NCBI RefSeq assembly: GCF_006345805.1 | Contig: NW_021833065.1 | Coordinates: forward strand, 434,001-498,000 | From: Octopus sinensis | Lineage: Eukaryota | Length of the DNA stretch: 64,000 bases | Direction of reading: 5' to 3' | Part shown: positions 26,702 to 39,247 of the stretch, piece after piece | How the letters are laid out: each line of letters opens with the position of its first letter | Numbering within the stretch: position 1 is the stretch's first letter | Position numbers and translations under genes: made by a program | The notes under the pieces: model-generated | The model's input: the letters and a program-made list of their open reading frames with translations, nothing else | Databases searched by the model: none | Told to the model about the DNA's origin: nothing

Positions 26702-27914
26702 CTGAGGATACAAAAGAAGCATAAAGTAGCTTACCAATGAAGAGACACTAAATTATCATCATCAATAAAATATCAGTGATGGAAACACTGAAGTTATTCT
26801 GAAATTAAGCCATAATACAGATTTCTTTAGTTCAAGCACAATGTCTAAGATCTACATGAAAAGAGAAATGACAAGTAAATTGGTTACAATTGCTCTCAAA
26901 ACCACTTTATGAACTTGCCTTGTTAAGTACTTAGTCTTTGGTACTCACTAAATATTCAGTAACAAAAATAAAAAGCACTGAAGACTGTGAGAGTAGTGTT
27001 AGGATGTACAGGATAATAAACAACCTTGTTTTTGAGTCTAAGTAATTTCTTGTGAGTTTCTTACAATAAATTTAGCTCTTCTTGGTCATCATATAATGAA
27101 CACACGAAGCTATTTCACTGAACACTCAGTTTACATTCTTATGACAAAGTGATTATTAAATACACAATTATTTCTTGCAGTTCTCAGAAGAACCAAAGAA
27201 AAGTCAAAACTCACTAATACTGAATGAACAACATTGTTTCTTTGGGAAAGAAAACCTGAAAAACTTTCAGAGGTGAAGTGGGTCAAGGGTTGCATATACT
27301 GTGTTACTGTGTGATAAGTTGTTTATCATAATATATATTCTCACTGGTTAGTTGTGAGTTAGAAACTCACAGAATAACTACAAAAGTATTTAATTCCTCA
27401 TTATTCAGAGTATTATATGATAGTTCTTATAGTCATGATTCCATCTGATGAATAAAGACAAGGCAAGCAAAATGAGAGAGAATAAAAGATAGCAGAAGAA
27501 AGATAGATACAAATGTTCTATTGACTACAAGACAAGGGAATTTATTATGAAATTAAATATAAAATAATGTGTACATAACTTTTGTGTTTCTAATAGTTGG
27601 CTGCTACAAGAAATAATAATGTCCAGACCTTTGGCAATTTTCTGTGCTTGAAAAGACCCATCAAGCCAAGTTAAATCATGGCTGATGCCGGTGTCACATA
27701 AAAAGCACCCAGTACACTCGTGGGGTGGTTGGCATTAGGAAGGGCATCCAACCGTAGAAACCATGTCAAATCAGATCGGAACCTGGTGCAGCCCTCCATC
27801 TTACCAGTTTTGGTCAAACCATCTAACTCATGTCAGCATGGAAAGCAGACACTAAATATTGCTGATGATTATAAGCACAAATAAAACCTTCATAACAACC
27901 TAAAAAGTACTTAC

Positions 27915-27990
27915 CAGCTATGGTAACAGAATGTAATTGTTTCCTGTTAATTTTTAACTTTGATATAAATAAATCCATTTCTTCTTCTAT
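27915..27990 (-). CDS. XNDC1N: XNDC1N-like protein exon 7
   Basis: tttcag acceptor; IEEEMDLFISKLKINRKQLHSVTIA; G|gtaagt donor. Confidence 0.85.
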
Positions 27991-29519
27991 CTGAAATACA
28001 AGATGCGAAAAAGAAAATATGTTTAGAATGCACTAAAAAAAAGGATAAAACACAGGTAGTGCATTCATAGAAAACATTTTATATTTCTATGAATTACAGG
28101 TGACTAAATTGAGAGTGCTGGCTTATGACAATTCATTTCTTATTGGTGCAGTGCTAATGACCCATGGCTAATACATAACTCATGTTGGTTCAATTAAATG
28201 TAAATAGATTGTTGGTAATAACAAACTGAATCTGATTGAGCAGGTCTGTGATCAAAGATATTCTAATTGTAATCATCCTTTTTTCTTTAGTTATGGTGCA
28301 ACTCAGACTTCATTATCCTTTCCAATGAACCATCCTTTTTCAAGATAGCAAAATATGATCTGAGGAAAATTTGGTTGTTATTTTGAACTGGTTGAGCTAC
28401 AACATAAAAGCCACATAGTAGCTGAACTGTAAATAGGTGCTTTGCTAAAGTAAGCTCTTCACTAGAAGTAGCAACTGAACTTTCTGGTTTGCAATACTGA
28501 ATTCGAGTCAATGAAAAATAAAGTTTGAAGAGATAAACTAGAATCATGTCCCAAAGACTAACACTTCTCTTCAGGACCAGAAAATATTTCAGCATCCTAC
28601 AGTTGCTGATACTCAACAAGGCTGAAGTAAAGCTCAAAATAGAATACAGCTCCCACATCCAAGATAGTGCTGCTGCTATTACACACCAGCAACATAATTA
28701 ACAGGTTTAAAGCTTTCTAACATAGACACGATATCATAAATTTTGAGAGAAAATAGTTGATAAGCTGACCCCAGTCATCCATCATTTGATTGCAGTAACT
28801 GCATTCCTACCTTTTATAGCTTCCATAATTAAATGCAGTCCCATTTTAGTGATTAAGCCTGACTATCGGTGCAATTCAAAATCCCTAGGCAGAACTGAAC
28901 TTGTTAGATGCTGTAATAATTCCACCAATCCAGTCCTGGACTTATGTTTACTATGAAACAATGAAAAACAAAGTGAACTTAAATTCAGAGGGCAGGGAAA
29001 CTAGACCATTATCACAAAACATTTCTATCCAACACTTAAACTCTGCCAATTTACAACTTGAGTGCTTGACTGACAGTTATCAACTTCAGAAGGATGAGAA
29101 ACCATGTCGACTTTAACAGAATTTGAACTTAGAATAAATGGAAGTAACTGTTATATTTACAAGATACTGTTATTAATATTCAAACACATCTTAAAGTGGT
29201 GAGCTGGTAGAATTAGTAGCACGTCAGGCAAAATGCTTAGAGACATTACGTCTGTCTGTTCTGAGTTCAAATTCCACCAAAGTTGACTGTGCCACTTCCT
29301 TTCAGGGTCAATAAAATAAGTATCAGTTGAATACTAGGGTCAATGTAATTAACTCTTCCATCCCTGAAATTGCTGGTTTTGTGTTAAAATTTGAAACAAT
29401 ATCTAAATGTATCCAGTCAACATCTGGAAATAACGTCTAACTGGTCTGAGATACTGTTAGTGTCATTATATCTGATACTCTACTGATTTTGCTAGCAGTT
29501 AGCTTTACTCAACACATAC

Positions 29520-29736
29520 CGTTAAATTCTGTCTTTGAGCAGCTGTTTCTGAAAATAACACATTGTTTTTAGTTTTTCCATCAGATTTGTATCGAGTTTC
29601 AGGAGAATATTTCCCAACATTTTCTTTAGCAGCAAGCAACATTTGAGCAGTTCGAGATAATCCTTGTACCGACTCAGGCCCACCCTCTCCAGAGGATAAT
29701 TTCAATAATTGGGCTTTAAGTTTTTCATTTTCAGAT
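29520..29736 (-). CDS. XNDC1N: XNDC1N-like protein exon 6
   Basis: tttgcag acceptor; SENEKLKAQLLKLSSG..LSRTAQMLLAA..RQNLT; gtatgt donor. Confidence 0.85.
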
Positions 29737-30384
29737 CTGCAAAGAAAGAACAGATAAGTTTATGTTTCAAATAGAAGAAAATTTCAATTAGGCTTCTAAT
29801 TAGATAGCATATTTATATTGAGGCTAATAGACTGCTCAAACTATGTTGCTTATATTATTTCATGACGTTAGACAAGATACATTATCCATCATGCCCGAAT
29901 GACTATAACTTTCTCTCTTATTTCAGGATTAAGTAGGTATAGAGAGCATTCAGCTATAAAAATTTTTCCTCCACAAACAATAGGCAAATATTCTAATCTG
30001 TGAAGTTCACTATAGCCATGCTAGCATGAGAAAATGAATTTAAAACAGACAAATCCTTAATTTCTACCTGCACCAGAGAGGTTAACCCTAGCAGACAACT
30101 TCTCTAGTACCTCATCATCTTTGTTTCCATGCTGGCATAGGTTGGACGGTTTGACTGAGGGCTGGCTAGCCAAAAGGCTGCACCAGACTCCAATCTGATC
30201 TGGCAATGTTTCTAAAGCTGGATGCCCTTCCTAATGCCAACCACTCTGAGAGTGTAGTGATGTTCACTATTAAATTTTCTCAAAAATGCTACTCCAACAA
30301 TTCAAATAAATGTTTAAATTTGTACACCTACCCAACCCATTCTAATACAGAAAAGTTTGTAAAAAAATTTATAAAATAACTTAC

Positions 30385-30464
30385 ACAGAAGGCTGCTTGC
30401 TTTTGAAAAAATGCTGCTGAATCATTTCATTTGATATTTTCTTTGATATATCCTTTTCAACAGT
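30385..30464 (-). CDS. XNDC1N: XNDC1N-like protein exon 5
   Basis: ttcttcag acceptor; TVEKDISKKISNEMIQQHFFKSKQPS; gtaagt donor. Confidence 0.8.
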
Positions 30465-30542
30465 CTGAAGAATGAATTAAAATAAAAAGATCAATAACAA
30501 CCTATAGCTTTTTAGCTGCAAAATATCACTTAGATGATGACA

Positions 30543-30589
<47 letters not shown>

Positions 30590-30669
30590 ATAAATATTAG
30601 GGAATATATCCAAATTTACAGGGAAAAAAAATCAGATTTAGGATTAAATCCAATTTTATAGTAAAATAT

Positions 30670-32419
30670 TATAAAATATTATTTGAGACAAAACCACTAT
30701 TTTGCAAAACAAACAAGGAAAGACTTAATCAAAACATAAAATTTAATAAATAGTCAAAGAAACCGCCACTACAATCGTTTCTTGTCTTGATCGACAATCT
30801 TCAGGTGGACTTCCAATCTAAAAAATCAAAATTTTAAAATATAAAAATAATACTTTTAAATAATTAAAGTATAAATGAAAAAATATAAGTATATAATCCA
30901 TATATAACCTATATATAATCCATATCGAAAATATAGACTAATTACCACGAATTCCCTAAAAAAAACCATGATAAAAAAAAAACTCTTAAAAACATATAAC
31001 GATAAAATCTCCCTTTGCTAAACTCTATAACAACCTATAAAGTAAACCCCCTAACCTAAACATTCACACACAAATACACACACGTAAACCACAGACTCAC
31101 GACTTATACACATACCTATACTAACTTATAACCTCAATATACACCAAAACCCACTCCCTCCCCACACAGACAAATTAACACATACATCCCAAAACCTAAA
31201 TAACAACCCATATACACATTCACACACAAAACACCACTCACACGCAAAACACTCACACACAAAAGATACATATACTCCCTCACATATACGCCTATACATA
31301 CTCACTAAAACTCGACATATACAACAATACTTACACACCCACAAAAAACATTATATACATTTATAAGCTTTAACTCACCTTAGCATCTCTAACAAACAAC
31401 TTGCAGTAACCCAATCCCATTCTCTATACCTACCTCACTACTACACTATTCCATTCACATTCCAAGCAACGCTAGTCCACCACCCGGTTATTCACGTGGC
31501 AAAACGAACACCACTCAAAAATATGAATGAAACAATGTAAAAAAATAACCAACACCTAAAATAGACAAAATACCACGAATTACCTAAAAAAAACCATGAT
31601 AAACCAAAACTCATAAAAGCATATAACGATAAAATCTCCCTTTGCTAAACCCTATAACAAACTTATATAGCAATCCCCCTAACCTAAACATTCACACACA
31701 AAAAACCCACACGTAAACCACAGACCCAAAACTTATACACAAACCTATACTAACTTATAAACCTCAATATACACCAAAAACCACTCCCTCCCCACACAGA
31801 CAATTAACACATACATCCCAAATCCTAAATAACAAACCCAAATACACATTCACACACAAAACACCACACACACAAAACACACATACACAACAGATACATA
31901 TGCTCCCTCACATATACGCATATACATACTCACTAAAACTCGATATATACAACAATATTTAACCCACACTCATACAGATAAATAAATTAATTATACAATT
32001 AAAAACTCACAACCAATCTCATATACATAAACACTCTTATGAAGACAACAATAAATACATCGTAATTAACCAGAATATCAAAAATAACATTATGACATAA
32101 GGATAAATCAAATACATACTTACAATTCAGTTACAAATTATGAAGTGAAATTAGATTTTTAGCCGTTAAAAAACCAAACAAAATTACGTTACCATGGAAA
32201 TAACTAATGTAAAAAAAGAATACGCGCCATAGAAAGTAAACGTCATTCATAGTATGAATGGAGAAATATAATAAATGGAACTAAAAACTATTTCCACGTA
32301 GCAAACCAACGCTACTTAAAAAAATTTATTATGAATGGATTCTTTAAAACTATCATGAAAATCAATTATATACATTTATGAGCTTTAGCTCACCCTAGCA
32401 ACTCTAACAAACAACTTAC
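30670..32419. repeat. Left arm of the ~1.75-kb inverted repeat
   Basis: Reverse complement of 36070-37818 along its whole length, with scattered single-base differences. Confidence 0.95.
30766..30808 (-). ncRNA. Minimal type-I hammerhead ribozyme
   Basis: Minus strand reads CCAC-CUGAAGA-UUGUC-gaucaa-GACAA-GAAA-C-gauu-G-UA-GUGG: intact core with stems I, II and III. Confidence 0.85.
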
Positions 32420-33606
32420 AGTAACCCATACTCAATGCCTACCTCATTACCACCCTAATCCATTCACAATTCCAAACAACTCTAGTCCACCACACGGTAC
32501 AATTCCCACTCTAACTACCCATTCACAATTTCAACGACGTTCCCTTCAACAACTCTACATATAAGCCTCAACATATACACCGGAGATACACTTACACATC
32601 CGTGCGGATGGGTGAGAGTATACATTAAGTGTAGTGATGGGGCTCCCATTTCTAAACACATTTGTACCTGTGTGGTAGTCTCCATGTGTATATTCACGCA
32701 CGGGTATAAATACAGGGGGTACACGCTCACTTCATTTACGTGTACCCCTCACATGTACATATGCATACAATTTTGGCTCGATATATGCAACAATGTAATC
32801 GCGCCCGTATGTGTGAGCATTCACTGGTTGTGCAATTCACCCATCTGGGTGTGATTGTGTGTAAACTTATCACTGTGGAGGTCGAGCTTGATACGTATAT
32901 ATTAGTGTGTATTAGGGGTTGTACGTACTAATTATGTTCATGTGCTTCACTCACTTGAGTCCATGTATGGAAGAATATATTGGGATTACTATGTAGGTGT
33001 AAATAGGGTATGGGGGAGTTTTGTCATTGTATGGGTGTGGGTTTCATTTGTGATGGTGGTTAGGGATGTATGTGTTAATTTATCCATGTGGGGCTGGAGT
33101 GGCCGTTAGGTGCATATGCTGAGGCTCACATGCAAACCCAAGTACAACGAATGAAGTGGGCACTTATAATTGTTATGGTGTGTACTTTATTATAAAAGAC
33201 AATACCCAAATAAAATCTTCAATTCAACCTACAAATAAAAAACAAAAAACAAAGGGATCTTAAACATTCACACATACATACAAAACTCAATAAAAACACC
33301 ACTAAATAACACCCAAAACATATAATATATCCTCAAAATACATAAACAAATGCAAATAAAAATACATAATAAAATAAAATAAATAAAAATAAAAATAAAA
33401 ATAAAAATAAAAATAAAAAATCTAATATAAATTATTAAAGTTTTAACGTACCATAAACTGCTAAATTAATATACATTAAAAATGAACTAATTAAAACAAA
33501 GAAATATCAATAAAGACTAACTATAATTAAATCCTAGACAACATAACCAAAAATATAACATCTAAACTAATTTAAACTAAAATAACCTAAAAGGGAACTA
33601 TTATTG

Positions 33607-36069
33607 CTATTTATCATGAAACTTATTATATAAGTAAAGTAACTTGTGTCTACATTTTATTTTGCGCTCCTCCCCAGTATTAAGTAAATTATCATACTTA
33701 TAAAATAAAATTTCTTTAAACTCATTAGAGCATAAATAACAACAATTAGCTCCTATATTATATGATTTAGTTTTACAAATAATTTCCCATATTAAACTAT
33801 AATTAATATTTAGTGATTTAAGACTCCAAATATACTTACTAAGTCCGGTTGAGTTGATTAAGTTTTTATTTTAAAAGAATTCATATGTTGTGCATTCTTA
33901 GTTTTATTTTTGAGGAAGTAGAACCTATATAAACCGCTTATTGTAATTATTATTCTTAAAGTTATTATCATGTAATGTAACTATACATTTATACACTACA
34001 TCTCGTTAATATCACAATTATTATTTAATATACAATTAGATTTATCTCTACATGTACAATTAATATAAGTCTTATCATTATTAATATTATTATCAAATAA
34101 TTTCTTTTTATAAAAATTATTCAGTTTATATTTATTAAATGAAGAAATAATGTTACCAACATTATTAGTGGTAGAGTAACCAACTCCAAAATTATTAAAA
34201 GAGAAAATGTTTCTATATTTACGATTATCTCTAATAAATAGTTCTATAACATCTAAAATCTCTTTAATAATATTCGTTTTAACTTGATCTCCATAAGGAA
34301 CTATTAACCAAATTTTATTCTTATTAACCTTATTATTATTATCATTATTATAAATATATTTATAATTCTTTATTTTATTAAAATTATTATCAGAATTATA
34401 TCTATGTACAGCATTTAAGGAATTATTAATATTATTAAATTTATCATATAATTATTATAATAATTATTAATTTATTTTTATTTATATTATTCTTATTTAT
34501 ATTATTATTATTATATTTATTATTATTATTATTCTTATTTATATTTTTATCATTTTTATTATTTTTTTTATAATATCTATTATTTTTACCACTAAACGTA
34601 ACAAAATTATAATTATTATTAGAAGTATCTCGAAAATTATCATTTAAATCATTATCGCTAATATTATAAAATTTAATATTCTTATTATAACCTGCCCCTC
34701 TAAGGGCCTCATTATAATAATTAGCATGTTTATTAAAAATCTCTATATCATAAGAGAGTAATGAAATACGTTTACTTATATTATTAATCAACGATTTTTT
34801 AATAGAAAATGGGTGATTACTATTAACATTTATATATCTAAGGTTCTCATTAAGTTTATGATATGGTTGTGTTTTACCTGTAATAAGATTAAAATTAACA
34901 TCTAAATAATTAACATTATAATTCTCCTTATATATAGTAATACGTAAACCATATCTTTTAAAAAGAAACTATATAGTTTTTTCTTATATACTTCTAGATT
35001 CCTATTAGTACAATTCTTTGTAACTAGTAGAAGATCGTCTCTATATAAACCACCCTCTATCTTAAGATTTTCTAATTGGAGTTCAGATAAAAGAAAAATA
35101 CCTACTAAATCAGTAGCCTGTGCAGAATCTGGTGCTCCCATAGGTATATCAAAACAATCTCTAGTATCATTCCTAGCCCATAATTTATTTTTATATTTAA
35201 TTAGCGATTTCCTAGCCAATTTAATTACATTAACTTCTTCCCGTGACATGCCCACTTTATTCATTGCGAAAATAAGCGCTTTATTAAACACAATTTCATT
35301 AATAGAAGAATAATAATTATCTATATCTATTTGAATAAATTTATAACGATTTTTATCTTTAATATTATTAAACCATTTCAATGTATTATTATTACTAAAC
35401 CATAATTTTAAATAATTAAGTTTATTTAACTTATCAATATATTTATCTAAAATAAATTTACTTAATTTACCTAGGTCCGATTTACATGGGCAAATTAATC
35501 TAACTTTAGGGTCTGAATAAAAATTATCTTTATGGTCTTTAAGAGTAATTCTGGGGTGCAGAGGTACATAAGGTTCAGTTTTATTATCCAACTCATATTT
35601 TAACATTACTACTTTAGAGGCCTTATTAATATTATAAAGAATATCATCTGGAACAATTTTATATTTTTTAATTATTTCTTTCCCTAAAAGTTTATCATAT
35701 AATTTAACATCTAATTTATATAAGTTCCTTGTTTTATCAGATTGTACTATAATACTATCCATATTTCTCATATCTTTAATTTTAATTGCTAAATTCCTTA
35801 AATATTCATTATTTCTATTTGGGTATTTATGGAATTCAATATTTTTTACCACCTTCCATATACTATCTTCAAGTAATTGTAATTCTTTATTAAATGGAGG
35901 TTCCTTTCTAGATTTAATTTAGAGGTATAATTATCATTCCTACTATCAATATCATTAATAATAAAAATTATAGTAAAAAGCTTTCCATTTAATTCTAGAA
36001 ATAAAATCTTTAACATTATTAACAAGTTTCAAGATAAATTCCTTTCTAGAAGGAATAGGAATATCTTTC
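33607..36069 (-). pseudogene. PLE reverse transcriptase / GIY-YIG endonuclease ORF, frameshifted and 5'-clipped
   Basis: KDIPIPSRKEF..RIKWKA; SDKTRNLY; TLKDHKDNF..RLICP; DIDNYYSSI; PMGAPDSA; LYRDD; NYLDV; SNHP; CTCRDKSNC linker; VVY..YIGST; LSKYIWSLK; CYLC; KCRH; stop at 33607-33609. Confidence 0.9.
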
Positions 36070-37808
36070 GTAAGTTGTTTGTTAGAGTTGCTAGGGTGAG
36101 CTAAAGCTCATAAATGTATATAATTGATTTTTCATGATAGTTTTTAAAGAATCCATCATAAAAATTTTTTTAAGTACGTTGGTTTGCTACGTGGAAATAG
36201 TTTTTAGTTCCATTTATTATATTTCTCCATTCATACTATGAATGACGTTTACTTTCTATGGCGCGTTTCTTTTTTTACATTAGTTATTTCCATGGTAACG
36301 TAATTTTGTTTGGTTTTTTAACGGCTAAAAATCTAATTTCACTTCATAATTTTAACTGAATTGTAAGTATGTATTTGATTTATCCTTATGTCATAATGTT
36401 ATTTTTGATATTCTGGTTAATTACGATGTATTTATTGTTGTCTTCATAAGAGTGTTTATGTATATGAGATTGGTTGTGAGTTTTTAATTGTATAATTAAT
36501 TTATTTATCTGTATGAGTGTGGGTGTAAATATTGTTGTATATATCGAGTTTTAGTGTGTATGTATATGCGTATATGTGAGGGAGCATATGTATCTGTTGT
36601 GTATGTGTGTTTTGTGTGTGTGTGTGTTTGTGTGTGAATGTGTATTTGGGTTTGTTATTTAGGATTTGGGATGTATGTGTTAATTTGTCTGTGTGGGAGG
36701 GAGTGGTTTTTGGTGTATATTGAGGTTTATAAGTTAGTATAGGTTTGTGTATAAGTTTTGGGTCTGTGGTTTACGTGTGGGTTTTTTGTGTGTGAATGTT
36801 TAGGTTAGGGGGATTGCTATATAAGTTTGTTATAGGGTTTAGCAAAGGGAGATTTTATCGTTATATGCTTTTATGAGTTTTGGTTTATCATGGTTTTTTT
36901 TAGGTAATTCGTGGTATTTTGTCTATTTTAGGTGTTGGTTATTTTTTTACATTGTTTCATTCATATTTTTTGAGTGGTGTTCGTTTTGCCACGTGAATAA
37001 CCGGGTGGTGGACTAGCGTTGCTTGGAATGTGAATGGAATAGTGTAGTAGTGAGGTAGGTATAGAGAATGGGATTGGGTTACTGCAAGTTGTTTGTTAGA
37101 GATGCTAAGGTGAGTTAAAGCTCATAAATGTATATAATGTTTTTTGTGGGTGTGTAAGTATTGTTGTATATGTCGAGTTTAGTGAGTATGTATAGGCGTA
37201 TATGTGAGGGAGTATATGTATCTTTTGTGTGTGAGTGTTTTGCGTGTGAGTGTGTGTTTTGTGTGTGAATGTGTATATGGGTTTGTTATTTAGGTTTTGG
37301 GATGTATGTGTTAATTTGTCTGTGTGGGAGGGAGTGGGTTTTGGTGTATATTGAGGTTTATAAGTTAGTATAGGTATGTGTATAAGTCGTGAGTCTGTGG
37401 TTTACGTGTGTGTATTTGTGTGTGAATGTTTAGGTTAGGGGTTTACTTTATAGGTTTGTTATAGAGTTTAGCAAAGGGAGATTTTATCGTTATATGTTTT
37501 TAAGAGTTTTGTTTTATCATGGTTTTTTTTAGGGAATTCGTGGTAATTAGTCTATATTTTCGATATGGATTATATATAGGTTATATATGGATTATATACT
37601 TATATTTTTTCATTTATACTTTAATTATTTAAAAGTATTATTTTTATATTTTAAAATTTTGATTTTTTAGATTGGAAGTCCACCTGAAGATTGTCGATCA
37701 AGACAAGAAACGATTGTAGTGGCGGTTTCTTTGACTATTTATTAAATTTTATGTTTTGATTAAGTCTTTCCTTGTTTGTTTTGCAAAATAGTGGTTTTGT
37801 CTCAAATA

Positions 37809-37818
<10 letters not shown>
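36070..37818. repeat. Right arm of the ~1.75-kb inverted repeat (inverted pLTR)
   Basis: Starts gtaagttgtttgttagag (revcomp of 32402-32419) and ends ctcaaataatattttata (revcomp of 30670-30687). Confidence 0.95.
37680..37722 (+). ncRNA. Minimal type-I hammerhead ribozyme (inverted-arm copy)
   Basis: ccac ctgaaga ttgtc gatcaa gacaa gaaa c gatt g ta gtgg; predicted cleavage after GUA (A37718). Confidence 0.85.
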
Positions 37819-37853
<35 letters not shown>

Positions 37854-38050
37854 ATATATATATAATCATCATTTAATGTTTTCCATACTGGCATGGGTTA
37901 TATATATATATATATATATATATTTATAAGTATAAAAGTTTTGTTATGTAATTTACTGAGATTTGAACAACTGTTACTTTCAGTTTTAATAAAACTGTTA
38001 TATTAATTTTAATTAACCAAGAATGGTGAACTCTAAAAAAATATTCTTAC

Positions 38051-38199
38051 TTGTTTAGGTGACTGTGATGAAGAATCTACATGTTTACTTTTTATTCTGA
38101 TGAAAGAGAGACCAAACTGGACATTTTTACGATAAATCTGTCGACAAATCACATGAATACGATCCCAAACGCCATTAGAAGCTGCAGGACAAAAATCCT
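38051..38199 (-). CDS. XNDC1N: XNDC1N-like protein exon 4
   Basis: ttttgtag acceptor; KDFCPAASNGVWDRIHVICRQIYRKNVQFGLSFIRIKS (cf. WDR..C.QP..FGL.F of XRCC1-N domains); gtaaga donor. Confidence 0.9.
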
Positions 38200-39013
38200 C
38201 TACAAAATAAAAAAATACAATAGGTAATATTGTATAATATAACAAGCTGGATATCAAAAACTTACATAGCATGGAAAATAGGTTATAATAGCTTTTTAAA
38301 TTAAAGGTTATCAAGTAACTGAATTATTTACCAACATCATAATCATTTTAGGTCTGCTTTGGCATGGGTCACAGTCTGAATCAGTTCTTATCCAAAGCTA
38401 CTGCCCTCCTAGATGCTCTCCTATATTCTAATTCTTTTGGCATGGTTTCTCAGTGGGTGTCCTTACTAGCATCAACTACTTTACAGAGTGTACTGAGAGT
38501 GTTTTATTCTGGAATCAGCACTTGCAGGGTTACTGAGTATCCTGCAAGGTCAAAGAGTCCCGAGTCCTATTATCTTCATTTGTTCGAGAATGAAGAGGGT
38601 GAATGGAAGAGGAGATAACAGAAGATGAACTATACAGACTAAAAGAAGAGGGGACATGAAGAAAACAGAGTGACTAGGGTGAGGTGGTGAGGAGGGAGTA
38701 ATGGAAAAGACACAATAACAAGAAATATAGGAGAGAAACAGTGATGTCAGCTACATGCTTAATAGTAAGAAAAACAGTGATGAATGTCAATTATGAGTGA
38801 CTTGTGGGGAGGTGTGATGACTGTCAGTAGAGAAAGATAATGGTGCGGTGTATCACATACAGAAGTGATGCAAGCTTTCATTACACAGGAATCATGAGTG
38901 AGAGAAATAGGAAGTGATAAAGATGGTAGTAGTATGGAAAGATCCAATACCATCCCACTTTGCACAGGCAGCCTGGTAGAGTGAATAGGAGAGAGGCTGA
39001 ATGTTAGAAAGAT

Positions 39014-39247
39014 GAGGCAGCGAGCTGGCAGAAACGTTAGCACACCGGGCGAAATGCTTAGCAGTATTTCATCTACCGCTACGTTCCGAGTTCAAATTCT
39101 GCCGAGGTCGACTTTACCTTTCATCCTTTCAAGGTCGATAAATTAAGTACCAGTTATGCACTGGGGTTGATATAATCGACTTAATCCGTTTGTCTGTCCT
39201 TATTTGTCCCTTCTGTGTTTAACCCCTTGCGGGTAGTAAAGAAATAG
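39014..39247 (+). mobile_element. SINE family A with TSD
   Basis: Full copy; TSD aatgttaga(a/g)agatg. Confidence 0.85.

Larger units (their letters stand above)
30588..37818 (-). mobile_element. Penelope-like retroelement (Hydra-type) with inverted terminal arms, in a (TA)n tract of host intron 4
   Basis: RT + GIY-YIG remains at 33607-36069; ~3-kb 3' region; inverted copy of 30670-32419 at 36070-37818; (TA)n on both flanks; hammerhead in each arm. Confidence 0.9.

Noticed and set aside
31126-32931. Short Cys/Val-rich ORFs in the PLE 3' region
   Set aside because: By-products of TG/CA-rich low-complexity sequence with no domain motifs
33607-36069. Telomerase, group II intron or selenoprotein-type (Naiad) RT
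   Set aside because: C-terminal GIY-YIG and PLE motifs are present; I saw no in-frame TGA at Cys positions in the parts I translated
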